Shown piece after piece: positions 23,347 through 33,161 of a stretch of DNA of 64,000 bases. Location of the stretch: contig CBDFLJ010000002.1 of assembly GCA_965248835.1 (NCBI GenBank), positions 192,001 to 256,000 of the forward strand. The letters run 5' to 3'. This DNA is from Alphaproteobacteria bacterium (GTDB taxonomy: Bacteria > Pseudomonadota > Alphaproteobacteria > MPNO01). The notes under the pieces are model-generated. The model did no database searches. It had not been told where the DNA came from and was given only the letters and a program-made list of their open reading frames with translations. The translations under genes were made by a program, and so were the position numbers. Each line of letters starts with the position of its first letter. The stretch's first letter is position 1.

Positions 23347-24501
23347 TCAGGAGGCTGCCGCGACCCCTTCGCGGGTCTCGGTGATCACGTGGTCCACCAC
23401 CGCCTTCAGCGCCGTTTCGGTGGTATCGCCCTCGAGGATCCGGAGGCGGAAAAGGTCGAGCTGGCGATCGGCGGAGGTGCCGTGGTAGATGATGTCGAGC
23501 GCCCGGCGCAACGCGTTCTCGCAGCCCAGCGCGCGCGCGTCTTCGGCAAGATCTTCGATCAGCGCGGTCGTGTGGTTGTAGATATCCTCCCGGCCGCCTC
23601 CCTCCGGGTCTCCGAGAAACGACAGAACACCGTATCGCTGGGCGAGCCAGCGGTTTTCGGCGATGATCTCCGTCGGCGGATCGGGCGGCAGACCGTTTTC
23701 CCGATCCTGGCGGATCAGCCGCCGGATCAGGCAGGCGTAGATGGCGGCGATGGTGATCGCGTCCTCGATGCGCGGACAGACGTCGCAGATCCGCATCTCT
23801 ATGGTCGGGTACCTGGTGGCCGGGCGAATGTCCCACCACAGTTCACTGCCGTCATTGATGGCTTCCATGCGAACGTAGTCGGCCACGAGACGGTCGTACT
23901 CGGCGCGCGAGCGCAACGGGCCGGGGAGACCGGTGCGGGGAAGGGCGCCGGTGAGATTCAGACGATAGGATTTCAGCCCCGTTTCGACGCCTCCGTTAAA
24001 CGGCGATGATGCGGACAAGGCATGTATAAGAGGGAGGTAGCGCCGCAGCGACGTCATGATGCGGATGCGCGAATCCGGATCGCCGAACCCGGCATGGATG
24101 TGCATTCCGCCGACGAGCATTCGTCGTACACTTTCCTGGTAGGTAACGGCGAAACGTTCGTAGCGCTCCAGCGGCGTGGTGACCTGATCACGCCATGCCG
24201 CGAACGGATGGGTCGAGGCAGCCATCACCCCGACTCCATATTTGTCGGCAATGTCGATCACCACCTGGCGCGCCTCTCGTACCGCGGTGTCAAGTGCTGC
24301 TATGGAGTCGCAGACCCGGGTATTGATTTCGATCTGCGTGCGAAGGAGTTCGGGCACGACTTTGTGCGGTCCGCTGTGCTTGCGGCAATCCTCGAATATT
24401 CCGTGATCCGGTTTGGCCAGAAGGTTGCGGCTCTCCGGATCGATGAGGAAGAACTCCTCTTCGATACCGAGCGTGATCTGAAGATCGTCGTTGCTAGCCA
24501 T
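23347..24501 (-). CDS. Carboxylate-amine ligase (YbdK/GCS2 family)
   Basis: TLGIEEEF, STHPF, GMHIH, SASSPF, LWWDIRP, TIEMRICD. Confidence 0.9.
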   Translation of the reverse strand: MASNDDLQITLGIEEEFFLIDPESRNLLAKPDHGIFEDCRKHSGPHKVVPELLRTQIEINTRVCDSIAALDTAVREARQVVIDIADKYGVGVMAASTHPFAAWRDQVTTPLERYERFAVTYQESVRRMLVGGMHIHAGFGDPDSRIRIMTSLRRYLPLIHALSASSPFNGGVETGLKSYRLNLTGALPRTGLPGPLRSRAEYDRLVADYVRMEAINDGSELWWDIRPATRYPTIEMRICDVCPRIEDAITIAAIYACLIRRLIRQDRENGLPPDPPTEIIAENRWLAQRYGVLSFLGDPEGGGREDIYNHTTALIEDLAEDARALGCENALRRALDIIYHGTSADRQLDLFRLRILEGDTTETALKAVVDHVITETREGVAAAS

Positions 24502-24724
24502 CGTCAGCCTTGGTGCGAAAGGGCGATGATCGCAGAGTATCGTTTTCCTTTGATTTGCAAAAGCCGGGCTCGGCGGTGCCGGCGGCGCGGCCCTTGGGAC
24601 CCGGCATCGGCGTGGTTCACCTCGATGGTTTGATCGGATTTGCCCGATTTACAGCCAGATCAGGGCTCACGCATCAATCAACGACAATGGATATTGCGGG
24701 GGCTCGCTTGGGGACTGTGCATGC

Positions 24725-25522
24725 TCAGATACACGCGGTCACCGCATCTTCCGCGAGCACCTTGATCAGGTGGGCGCGGTAGGCCGCACTGCCGTGGATG
24801 TCGGTCGTCAGGGATGCGGCATCGACGGTCAGGCGCGCCAGGGACGAAGCGGTGAAGGTCTCCGAAAGCGCGTCCTCGAATGCCGTGAGGCGGTAGACGC
24901 ACGGGCCAGCGCCGGTGACGGCAAGACGGACCGATCGGTCGGGGAACCGGGCCAGAAAGATGCCGACGATGGCGAAGCGGGAGGCGGGGTTGGGGAATTT
25001 TCTGTAGGCAGCCTTGGCCGGGACCGGAAAACGCACGCGCGTGATCAGTTCCCCCGGGGCAAGCGCGGTTTCGAAGAGGCCCTTGAAGAAATCCTCGGCC
25101 GGAATGGTTCTTGCCGTGGTGAGGATCTCGGCGTTCAGGCCGAGGACCGCGCTCGGGTAGCAGGCGGCGGGGTCGTTGTTGGCCAGCGAGCCGCCGATGG
25201 TGCCGCGGTTGCGGACCAGCGGGTCGCCGATGCCGCCGGCCAGTGTCGCAAGCGCAGGGACAGATCGGGCAACCTCGGGGCTGGCGGCGACCGCGGCGTG
25301 GCGGGTCATGGCCTTGATGGTGACGTGGCCGGTGGTCGCCTCGATGCCTGACAGGTCTTCTATGGCGGCGAGGTCGACGAGGTCGGTCGGCGCGGCAAGG
25401 CGGTGTTTCATGACCGGGATCAGGCTCATGCCGCCGGCCAGGGGGCGCCGGTCCTCGCCGGCCGCAACCATCCGGGTAGCCTCTTCCAGCGTAGCAGGGC
25501 GGTGGTAGCGGGTCGGGTACAC
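24725..25522 (-). CDS. Xanthine dehydrogenase/CoxM family FAD-binding subunit
   Basis: LAGGMSLIPVMK, IGDPLVRNRGTIGGSLANNDPAA, NPASRFA; GTG start. Confidence 0.9.
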   Translation of the reverse strand: MYPTRYHRPATLEEATRMVAAGEDRRPLAGGMSLIPVMKHRLAAPTDLVDLAAIEDLSGIEATTGHVTIKAMTRHAAVAASPEVARSVPALATLAGGIGDPLVRNRGTIGGSLANNDPAACYPSAVLGLNAEILTTARTIPAEDFFKGLFETALAPGELITRVRFPVPAKAAYRKFPNPASRFAIVGIFLARFPDRSVRLAVTGAGPCVYRLTAFEDALSETFTASSLARLTVDAASLTTDIHGSAAYRAHLIKVLAEDAVTACI

Positions 25523-25525
25523 GGC

Positions 25526-26011
25526 TCAGCCCTCGCCGGCCGAGGCCGCGGCGGCCGCCGCGAGGATGGCGGCAACGATATTCTGGTAGCCGGTGCAGCG
25601 GCAGAGATTGCCCTCCAGCCCTGCGCGGACCGCTTGGTCGTCGTACGCCTGGTTGCGGGCGATCAGATCCAGGGCGGTCATGATCATGCCCGGGGTGCAA
25701 TAGCCGCACTGCAGCGCGTGGTGCTCCTTGAAGGCGGCCTGGAGCGGGTTGAGCCCGTCTTCGGGAGAGACGCCCTCGATGGTGGTCACCGCATGGCCGG
25801 CGGCCTGGGCGGCGAAGATCGTGCATGATTTGACCGCGATGCCGTCGAGGTGGACCGTGCACGCGCCGCATTGGGAGGTGTCGCAGCCGACATGGGTGCC
25901 GGTCAGCCGTGCCTCGCGGCGGATGAATTCGACCAGGAGCGTGCGCGGATCGATCTCGGCGGTGTAATCGCGGCCGTTGATGGTCAGCGCAACGGGCATC
26001 CTCTCAGACAT
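25526..26011 (-). CDS. Xanthine dehydrogenase/CoxS family [2Fe-2S] subunit
   Basis: GCDTSQCGACTV, KSC, LQCGYCTPG, GNLCRCTGY. Confidence 0.92.
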   Translation of the reverse strand: MSERMPVALTINGRDYTAEIDPRTLLVEFIRREARLTGTHVGCDTSQCGACTVHLDGIAVKSCTIFAAQAAGHAVTTIEGVSPEDGLNPLQAAFKEHHALQCGYCTPGMIMTALDLIARNQAYDDQAVRAGLEGNLCRCTGYQNIVAAILAAAAAASAGEG

Positions 26012-28376
26012 CCGCGCCCGCCTCCTCCAGCGCCTGCCAGACCGAATGGGGGGTGAGCGGCAGCCTGACGTGGCGAACGCCCAGGTCCCACAACGCATCG
26101 ACGACTGCGTTGCCGATGGCGGCCGGCGCACCGATGGTGCCGGTCTCGCTGCCCCCCTTGACCCCCAGCGGATTGGACAGCGCGGGCGTTTCCTGGAAGA
26201 CCATCGCCACCGGCGGCATGTCCGAGGCGCGCGGCAGTGCGTAGTCCATCAGGGTGCCGGTGAAGAGCTGGCCTGCGTGAGCGCTGTCATAGACCACGTG
26301 CTCCATCACCGCCTGGCCGATGCCCTGGGCGAGCCCGCCGACCACCTGGCCTTCGACGATCATCGGATTGACGATCCTGCCGCAGTCATCGGAGGTGAAG
26401 TAATTCCGCAAGGTGAGTTTGCCCGAGCGCGGCTCGACGATGACGACGGCCAGATGCATCGCCTGGGGGTCGTTGGTATCGAGCGGTTCGTAGAAGACGG
26501 TCGCTTCCAGCCCGGGCTCGAGCGAGCCGTCAGTCGGGATCAGGGCGCCGTGATAGGCAGCATCGGCGACGTCTTCGAAGCTGATCCGCCGGTCGGTGCC
26601 GCGCACCGAGAAGACCGCATCGGCGTAGTCGAGGTCCTCGATCGCGCATTCGAGGATATGGGCGGCCAATCTCCTGGCCTTGTCGATCACCCGGTCGGCG
26701 GCGGTCATGATCGCCGGCCCGCCGACCGACAGCGAGCGCGAGCCCCAGGTGCCGTTGCCGAAGGGCACCGAGTCGGTATCGCCCTCGACCAGCGCGATAT
26801 GCTCGATCGGCAGGCCCAAATGATCGGCGGCGATCTGGCAAAACGTGGTGTCGTGGCCCTGGCCGTGGCTGTGCGAGCCGACATAGACGGTCACCTTGCC
26901 GTCGGAATGGACACGCACGATCGCGCTCTCGTAGCCGCCATGCAGCCCGCCGCGGCTGGCGAGGTTGCGCGAGGACCCGGTGCCCGACTTGTCGAGGAAG
27001 CAGGCGATGCCGATTCCCATGCGCACGCCGTCCTGCTTGAGCTGCCGCTGCTCTTCGCGCAGACCCTCGTAGTCGGCAAGCCTCAACAGCTTGTCGAACA
27101 GCGCCGGCGGGTCGCCGCAGTCATAGGGCCGCCCGACCGGGGTGGTGTAGGGAAAGGCCTCGGCCGGGATCAGGTTGCGCCTGCGGATCTCGACCACGTC
27201 GATGCCGAGCTCCCGCGCGCCGTTCTCGACAAGCCGCTCGTTGACGAAGGTCGCTTCCGGCCGGCCGGAACCACGATAGGCATCGACCGGTACGGTATTG
27301 GAATACGCCCCGCGCACCCGCAGATGCAGGTTCGGCGTGGTGTATAGCCCGGTGATGGTCTGCGGATAGGAATTGCCGGGGATCGAGGGCGCGAAGTTGG
27401 AAAGATAGGCCCCCAGCGCCGCGATGGTGTCGACCTCGCTGGCGAGAATCCTGCCGTTCTCATCGAAAGCCATGCGCGCGGTTGTGTGGTGGTCGCGCGC
27501 CTGGGCGTCCGACATCAGGGACTCGGTCCGGGTCGCGGTCCACTTGACCGGCCGCTTGAGCAGGACCGAGGCCCAGACCACCGTCGGGATCTCGGGCGCG
27601 TAGTGGACCTTGAGCCCGAATCCGCCGCCGACATCGGGCGAGATCACGCGGATCTTGTGCTCGGGAATGAACAGCGTGTACTTGGCAAGCCAGCGCCGCA
27701 GGTAGTGCGGCGTCTGGGTGGTCGCCCACAGGGTGAGGGCGCCGGTCGTCTCGTCGAACGCACACACATACGCCCTGGGCTCGAGCGGCGAGCCGGCGAC
27801 CCGGTTGCTGTCCAGCGTCAGCGCGACCACGTGGTGAGCGGCCGCAAAAGCGGCTTCGGTCGCGGCCCTGTCGCCGCGCTCGATCTCGAAGACCAGGTTG
27901 GTGCCGAACGCCTCGTGCAGGATCGGCGCGCTTGGATCCAGGGCATGTGCGATGTCGGTGACCGCGGGCAGGGGATGGTAGTCGACCATCACCGCCTCGG
28001 CGCCGTCGGCTGCCTGGTACCGGTCCTCGGCGATGACCGCGGCGACCACGTCGCCGACATGGCACACCTTGCCGGCGGCAAGCGCCGGGCGCAGCGCCTC
28101 GTTCATCGGCCTGCCGTCGGAAAACGGCATCGGGTGGACGCAGGTGAGCTCGCCCAACCCCGCTTTCTGCCAGTCAGCCGCGGTGAGCACACGCAGCACG
28201 CCCGGCATGCGAGCCGCGGCTTTGGTGTCGATATCGGTGATCCGCGCGTGTGCGTGCGGGCTCCTGACGAAAGCGACATGGGCGGCATCCGCCGGCTCGA
28301 TGTCGTCGACGAAGCGGCCGCGTCCCTTGAGGAACTTGTCGTCCTCGCGCCGCTTCAGCCTTTGTCCGACATACAT
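26004..28376 (-). CDS. Xanthine dehydrogenase/CoxL-like molybdopterin-binding subunit (not form I CODH)
   Basis: [45 protein letters not shown]. Confidence 0.9.
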   Translation of the reverse strand: MYVGQRLKRREDDKFLKGRGRFVDDIEPADAAHVAFVRSPHAHARITDIDTKAAARMPGVLRVLTAADWQKAGLGELTCVHPMPFSDGRPMNEALRPALAAGKVCHVGDVVAAVIAEDRYQAADGAEAVMVDYHPLPAVTDIAHALDPSAPILHEAFGTNLVFEIERGDRAATEAAFAAAHHVVALTLDSNRVAGSPLEPRAYVCAFDETTGALTLWATTQTPHYLRRWLAKYTLFIPEHKIRVISPDVGGGFGLKVHYAPEIPTVVWASVLLKRPVKWTATRTESLMSDAQARDHHTTARMAFDENGRILASEVDTIAALGAYLSNFAPSIPGNSYPQTITGLYTTPNLHLRVRGAYSNTVPVDAYRGSGRPEATFVNERLVENGARELGIDVVEIRRRNLIPAEAFPYTTPVGRPYDCGDPPALFDKLLRLADYEGLREEQRQLKQDGVRMGIGIACFLDKSGTGSSRNLASRGGLHGGYESAIVRVHSDGKVTVYVGSHSHGQGHDTTFCQIAADHLGLPIEHIALVEGDTDSVPFGNGTWGSRSLSVGGPAIMTAADRVIDKARRLAAHILECAIEDLDYADAVFSVRGTDRRISFEDVADAAYHGALIPTDGSLEPGLEATVFYEPLDTNDPQAMHLAVVIVEPRSGKLTLRNYFTSDDCGRIVNPMIVEGQVVGGLAQGIGQAVMEHVVYDSAHAGQLFTGTLMDYALPRASDMPPVAMVFQETPALSNPLGVKGGSETGTIGAPAAIGNAVVDALWDLGVRHVRLPLTPHSVWQALEEAGADV

Positions 28377-28543
28377 CGCGGCTCTCCCCGACGGCGGTTT
28401 CTTGTCGCGCCATAACGCGGGCGCCCGGCGGGGCTGTCAAGCTTCCTTCCCGCGGACGCGCGCGTAGGACCGCGCCCGCTCCACTGGACAGCGGCGGCGC
28501 GCTGGAGGATCATCTTTGCCGGGTTCGACGGGGAGAGGACGTG

Positions 28544-29260
28544 ATGGCACTGACGGCCGAAAAGGTGCTCGAGGACATCGATCGCATCCACAAGGCGAAG
28601 CCGATCTACGGCCATCCGCTGTGGGCGGGGATGCTGGACGACAGCCACAGCCTCGAGCAGATCCGCTATTTCTGCAAGCAGCACGGGATCCTGCCGCTGC
28701 ACAACCACAACTACCACGGCAGGCTTTACGTGATCTGCCCCGACCCCGCCTGGCGCGAGGAGATCGCCGAGGTCACCTACGAAGAGGCCACCGGCCGGCT
28801 TTATGCCGGCGGCGTCTCGCACCACAAGCTCTATCTCAACTACGCCGCCGCGATCGGCATCTCCAAGGAGGAGATGTACGCGACCAGATACTGCGCCGGC
28901 ACGACGGCCTTCATGGCCTATTTCTCCTATATCTGCGGCAAGACGTTCCTGGAGGGCGTGGCCTCGCACATGCTGGGCGGCGAGGCGCCGATCCCGGGCA
29001 CCTACGGCCGCATCGCCAAGCGGCTGCAGGCGCGCTTCCGGCTCGACGACAAGGGGGTGGCCTACTGGCACGTCCATGACACGGCGGACGACGAGCATTC
29101 CGGCGTCGGCAAGAAGCTGCTCGACCAGTTCGCGACGACCCAGGAGGAGATGGCGCTGGTCATCGACACGGTGCAGACCACCGTCGATGTGATGCACCTG
29201 ATGTATGACGACATCTGGGCGCAAATGCAGAAAATCGAGGCGAGCGCCGCCGCCGAATAG
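28544..29260 (+). CDS. Heme-oxygenase-like diiron oxidase (HDO; CADD/PqqC/TenA fold), copy 1
   Basis: HPLW near N-terminus; YEEATG...SH, GGE and HDTADDEH (H-x3-D-x2-H) matching the CADD-type E/H/E/H/D/H ligand set. Confidence 0.8.
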   Translation: MALTAEKVLEDIDRIHKAKPIYGHPLWAGMLDDSHSLEQIRYFCKQHGILPLHNHNYHGRLYVICPDPAWREEIAEVTYEEATGRLYAGGVSHHKLYLNYAAAIGISKEEMYATRYCAGTTAFMAYFSYICGKTFLEGVASHMLGGEAPIPGTYGRIAKRLQARFRLDDKGVAYWHVHDTADDEHSGVGKKLLDQFATTQEEMALVIDTVQTTVDVMHLMYDDIWAQMQKIEASAAAE

Positions 29261-29271
29261 GGAAGTGAGCG

Positions 29272-29661
29272 ATGGAGCGGACCTATCTCAAGGGTACCTG
29301 GCAGGAGGACCGCGCGTTCTCGCCGTGCGTGGCCACCAAGGGCGGCGCCGTCGTCTGGGCGGCCGGCCACGGCGCGCCGGTCGATGCGGCGGGGAACTCG
29401 CTGGCCGGAGACTTCGACGGTCAGACGCGGGAGTCCTTCCGGCTCCTGGAGGCGACGCTGGCGCGCGCCGGCGCGAAGCTCCAGGACATGGTCACGATGA
29501 CCGTTTTCATCAGCGATTCGCGCCACGGCACGCGGTTCACCGAGATCCGCAAGGCGTATTTCCCCGACGGGTTTCCGGCCAGCGCCTTGATTACGTGTGC
29601 GGGCTTCGCGGTGCCCGAAATGATGGTCGAGATCCAGGGCATCGCGGTCATCGACGACTAG
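29272..29661 (+). CDS. RidA/YjgF/UK114 family protein
   Basis: RAFSP, AGH, QTRESF, V-MTVF, R, PASALI, MVEIQGIAV. Confidence 0.88.
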   Translation: MERTYLKGTWQEDRAFSPCVATKGGAVVWAAGHGAPVDAAGNSLAGDFDGQTRESFRLLEATLARAGAKLQDMVTMTVFISDSRHGTRFTEIRKAYFPDGFPASALITCAGFAVPEMMVEIQGIAVIDD

Positions 29662-29684
29662 AGAAAGACGAGGGAGCGGCGGAT

Positions 29685-30377
29685 ATGGCAAGCACGAGCG
29701 CATTCAGACGGGAGCTCGAGGACGCGGTGCTGGAACGGCACTGCGCCAACCACCCGATGACCGAGAAATGGGCCAAAGGCGAGCTCGGCCGCAGCGCCCG
29801 CATGGGCTGGGCGGTGGAGCACTGGCACTGGATCTCCAACATCGTCAACGAGGTCTCGTTCAACATCGCCGCCCGCGCGCCCGAGGACGTGGTTGCGCTC
29901 GAGCTCGACAACTTCCACGAGGAGACCGACCCCGAGCGCTCTCATCTCGACATCGTGCTGCGGTTCGCCGAGGCCAACGGCGCCGATCTCGCCGCCGTCA
30001 AGGCCGGGCGCGGGCTGCCGACGACGCGCTCCTGGGTCGCCTTCCTGAAGAACGTCGCCAAGACGGAGCCGTGGTACGCCGCGGTGGCGGCGATCCGCAT
30101 CGGCACGGAATCCCAATCGCCGATGCTCTACTCCAAGGTGCTGCCGGCGCTGCGCGAGAAATACAAGTACGACGAGGAGGCGATCGAGCATTTCTGGCTC
30201 CACGCCGAAGTCGATATCGAGCATGGCGATCGGGGCTTCGAAGCGCTCGAGCGCCACTGCGCCACGCGCGAGATGAAGGACACCGCGATCCACTGGGCGC
30301 GCGAGAGCGCGATCATGCGCTGGTTCTATTTCGACGGCATCTACCTGCACTACGAGAACGGCTACGCGCTCGCCTGA
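29685..30377 (+). CDS. Heme-oxygenase-like diiron oxidase (HDO; CADD/PqqC-like), copy 2
   Basis: NHP near N-terminus; NFHEETDPERSH (E-x6-H), GTESQ, FWLHAEVDIEH (H-x3-D-x2-H), RWFYFDG; GGGAG RBS before ATG 29685. Confidence 0.82.
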   Translation: MASTSAFRRELEDAVLERHCANHPMTEKWAKGELGRSARMGWAVEHWHWISNIVNEVSFNIAARAPEDVVALELDNFHEETDPERSHLDIVLRFAEANGADLAAVKAGRGLPTTRSWVAFLKNVAKTEPWYAAVAAIRIGTESQSPMLYSKVLPALREKYKYDEEAIEHFWLHAEVDIEHGDRGFEALERHCATREMKDTAIHWARESAIMRWFYFDGIYLHYENGYALA

Positions 30378-30488
30378 GGAGACCGGTCATGGCAACCGCG
30401 CGCCGGCGCATCGCACGACCCGCTCGGTGACGGTACGGCCTGAGCATCACCTTGACGACGACGCGCTTGCCTTCGAAATGAAAACGGT

Positions 30489-32165
30489 TTGGCTGTAGCG
30501 AGCACACACGGACTATCGACTCCGGTGCTGATCGCCGGTGGCGGGCCGGTCGGAATGGTGCTCGCGATCGAGCTCGGCCGGCGCGGGATCGGCTGCGTTT
30601 TGCTCAACGAGCACCCGGAGACCGCGTCCCATCCGAAGGCGAACGCGATCAGCAGCCGGTCGATGGAGCATTTCCGGCGCCTCGGAGTCTCCGAGCCGAT
30701 CCGGGCCTCGGGCCTCGACGATGATCATCCGACCGATGTCGCCTACTTCACGCGGCTGAACGGCCATGAGATCGGCCGGCTCGAGCAGCCCGGCCGGCGC
30801 GGGGCGTTGGCCGAGGCGCGATCGGGCACCAGCGCGTGGGCTTCGCCCGAGCCGCCGCACCGGTCCTCGCAGATCTTCCTCGAGCGCGCACTCAAGCAGA
30901 AAGTCGACCGGCTGGCCTCCATCGACTGCCGCTTCGGCTGGAGGCTCGAGAGCTTCTCCGACGATGGCTCCACGGTGCGGGCCCTCGCGCGCGACATCGC
31001 CAGCGGCGAGGAATGCGGGATCACGGCGCGCTACCTGGTCGGCTGCGACGGCCCGGGCAGCGTGGTGCGCAAATCGCTCGGCATAGAATACGAAGGGGAA
31101 TCGGGCATCGTTCGGCCGATGTTCGGTGGGCCCATGTTCGCGACCTATTTCGAAGCGACGGCCGACCTGTCCTGGCTGCCGGAGCGGCGGGCCTGGCAGT
31201 ACTGGGTCATCAACCCCGAAATCCGTGCGGTCCTCATCCATGTCGACAGCACGTCGCGGTTCCTGTTCCATTTCGCCGTCCATGACGAGCGTGCGCGCGG
31301 CGCGGCGGATCCGCGCGCCCATATCCACCGCGCCGCCGGCCGCGCGTTTCCGCTCGAAATCATCTCGACCGCCAACTGGACCGGGGGGTTCTCGCTGGTC
31401 GCCCAGCGCTATCGGGCCGGCAACGTCTTCATCGCCGGCGATGCGGCGCATCTGTTCACGCCGACCGGCGGCATGGGCATGAACACCGGTGTCGACGATG
31501 CGGTCAATCTCGGCTGGAAGCTCGCCGCGGTAATCGGCGGCTGGGGCGCAAACACGCTGCTGGACAGCTACGAGGCCGAGCGCCGGCCGATCGGCATCCG
31601 CAATGTGGGCTTCGCCAGGGAATTCGCCCATTCGGTCGGAACGGTCGAGGTCAGCCGTGATATCGGCGCGGATACGCCGGCCGCGGCCGCCGAACGCGCG
31701 GCCAAGACGGAATACCATTCCGACCACGCCCGCCGGGAGTTCATCATCCCCGGTGTCTTTCTGGGACTGACCTATGCCGGTTCGCCGATCATCGCCGATG
31801 ACGGCACCGGACCGCCGCCCGAGCACCCGAACACGTACACGCCGAACGCCTGCCCGGGGTCGCGCGCGCCGCATGCCTGGCAAGGCGCCGTGGCGCTGTT
31901 CGATTTCTTCGGGCCCGAATACACCCTGCTCGACCTGGGCGGCGCGGCGCAGGATACCGCCGCGATCCGCAACGCCGCGCAAAGTCTGGGATTTCCGCTG
32001 GCGGTTCACGCCGTTCATGACCCGGCCGTGCGCGACCTCTACGGCCGGGACTTCGTCCTGATCCGCCCCGACCACCACGTCGCTTGGCGCGGCGACAGCC
32101 TGCCCGGCGAGATCGAGGCCCTGCTGCGCACCGCCAGCGGTGCCGGACCGCCGCCCGGGACTTAG
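30489..32165 (+). CDS. FAD-dependent monooxygenase (PheA/TfdB/RdmE-like, FAD_binding_3)
   Basis: GGGPVG, GCDG, GDAAH, PTGGMGMNTG, C-terminal LIRPDHHVAWR thioredoxin-like domain; TTG start uncertain. Confidence 0.88.
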   Translation: MAVASTHGLSTPVLIAGGGPVGMVLAIELGRRGIGCVLLNEHPETASHPKANAISSRSMEHFRRLGVSEPIRASGLDDDHPTDVAYFTRLNGHEIGRLEQPGRRGALAEARSGTSAWASPEPPHRSSQIFLERALKQKVDRLASIDCRFGWRLESFSDDGSTVRALARDIASGEECGITARYLVGCDGPGSVVRKSLGIEYEGESGIVRPMFGGPMFATYFEATADLSWLPERRAWQYWVINPEIRAVLIHVDSTSRFLFHFAVHDERARGAADPRAHIHRAAGRAFPLEIISTANWTGGFSLVAQRYRAGNVFIAGDAAHLFTPTGGMGMNTGVDDAVNLGWKLAAVIGGWGANTLLDSYEAERRPIGIRNVGFAREFAHSVGTVEVSRDIGADTPAAAAERAAKTEYHSDHARREFIIPGVFLGLTYAGSPIIADDGTGPPPEHPNTYTPNACPGSRAPHAWQGAVALFDFFGPEYTLLDLGGAAQDTAAIRNAAQSLGFPLAVHAVHDPAVRDLYGRDFVLIRPDHHVAWRGDSLPGEIEALLRTASGAGPPPGT

Positions 32166-32390
32166 TCGGTGCATCAATTCGGAATTCTCCTAACCCATTG
32201 TAAAACAAGAACCGGCCGTCAAGTGCGTAGGAATCCGCTGAGGAGAGCCGTGCGGCGCCCAACGCCTGCCGCGAGCTGATCGCCATCAACCCGACGGGCC
32301 GGACGATGTAGGCCCGCCTCCCGGTCTGGCCGGACCCGCGGACCGCAACTATCCTTGCAGGCGAGACGGACCGGATGGGGAGGCTCCAAG

Positions 32391-33161
32391 ATGGAAAAGA
32401 GCGGCAAACCGATCGTCTATGACGAGCTTTCCTGGATGGCGGCCAAGGAGCTGGTCGATGACGGCATGGACATGGTGATCATGCCCACGGGTGCGACCGA
32501 GCAGCACGGCCCGCATCTGCCGATGAACGTCGACTACCTGGTCGCCTACCGGATCGCGCTCGGGGTCTCCGAGCGCACCGGGGTCCCGGTGCTGCCGCCG
32601 CTGCCGATCGGCCATTCAAGTGGCCATGAAGGGATTCCGGGCACCCTGTCGCTGAGCCCGGAGACCTTCCAGAAGGTGGTCGAGGAGATTGCCGAGGGCG
32701 TCTATGCCACCGGCTTTCGCCGTCTGCTGTTCCTCAACGGACACCTGCCCAACATCCACCCGCTGAACTGCTCGACGGTCAACCTGCGGGTGCGCCACCC
32801 GGACTTCAAGCTTCAGGCGCTGAGTTGGTGGGACATCACGCCCGAGATTCAGAAGAAATTCTATGGCGATGAGAGCTACGGCGTGCCGCACGGCAACATC
32901 GTCGAGACCTCAATCATGCGCTACTTCCGCGACGACCTGGTCGACATGACCAAAGCCAAGAAGGTCGGCGGAAGAGGTAAGAAGCTGTTCTTCTACTACC
33001 TGCTGCGCCAGGTCTCGCTGTCCGGTCACGGCGGCGACCCGAGCGGGGCCACGGTCGAGCTAGGCGAGGAGCTCTACCGGATGGCGGTCGACGGCCTGGT
33101 GCCGCAGATCGAGAAGGCACTCACCGAGGAGCCGCCGGAGCTGGCCGACGGCCTGCTCTAG
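32391..33161 (+). CDS. Creatininase family amidohydrolase
   Basis: PTGATEQHGPHLP-D, NGH, HG-xx-ETS, GDP, ATVELGE; GGAGG RBS. Confidence 0.88.
   Translation: MEKSGKPIVYDELSWMAAKELVDDGMDMVIMPTGATEQHGPHLPMNVDYLVAYRIALGVSERTGVPVLPPLPIGHSSGHEGIPGTLSLSPETFQKVVEEIAEGVYATGFRRLLFLNGHLPNIHPLNCSTVNLRVRHPDFKLQALSWWDITPEIQKKFYGDESYGVPHGNIVETSIMRYFRDDLVDMTKAKKVGGRGKKLFFYYLLRQVSLSGHGGDPSGATVELGEELYRMAVDGLVPQIEKALTEEPPELADGLL

Noticed and set aside
26004-28376. Aerobic CO dehydrogenase (coxL form I)
   Set aside because: Lacks the AYxCSFR Cu-binding motif, the M-S-L order and accessory cox genes
28544-30377. PQQ biosynthesis (pqqC) or thiaminase II (tenA)
   Set aside because: No pqqA/B/D/E or thiamine genes nearby; both proteins have diiron-type ligand sets rather than the cofactor-free PqqC or TenA Cys active site
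32163-32220. AT-richer stretch after the monooxygenase that might be an IS end or promoter
   Set aside because: No partner repeat or transposase fragment; cannot be assigned
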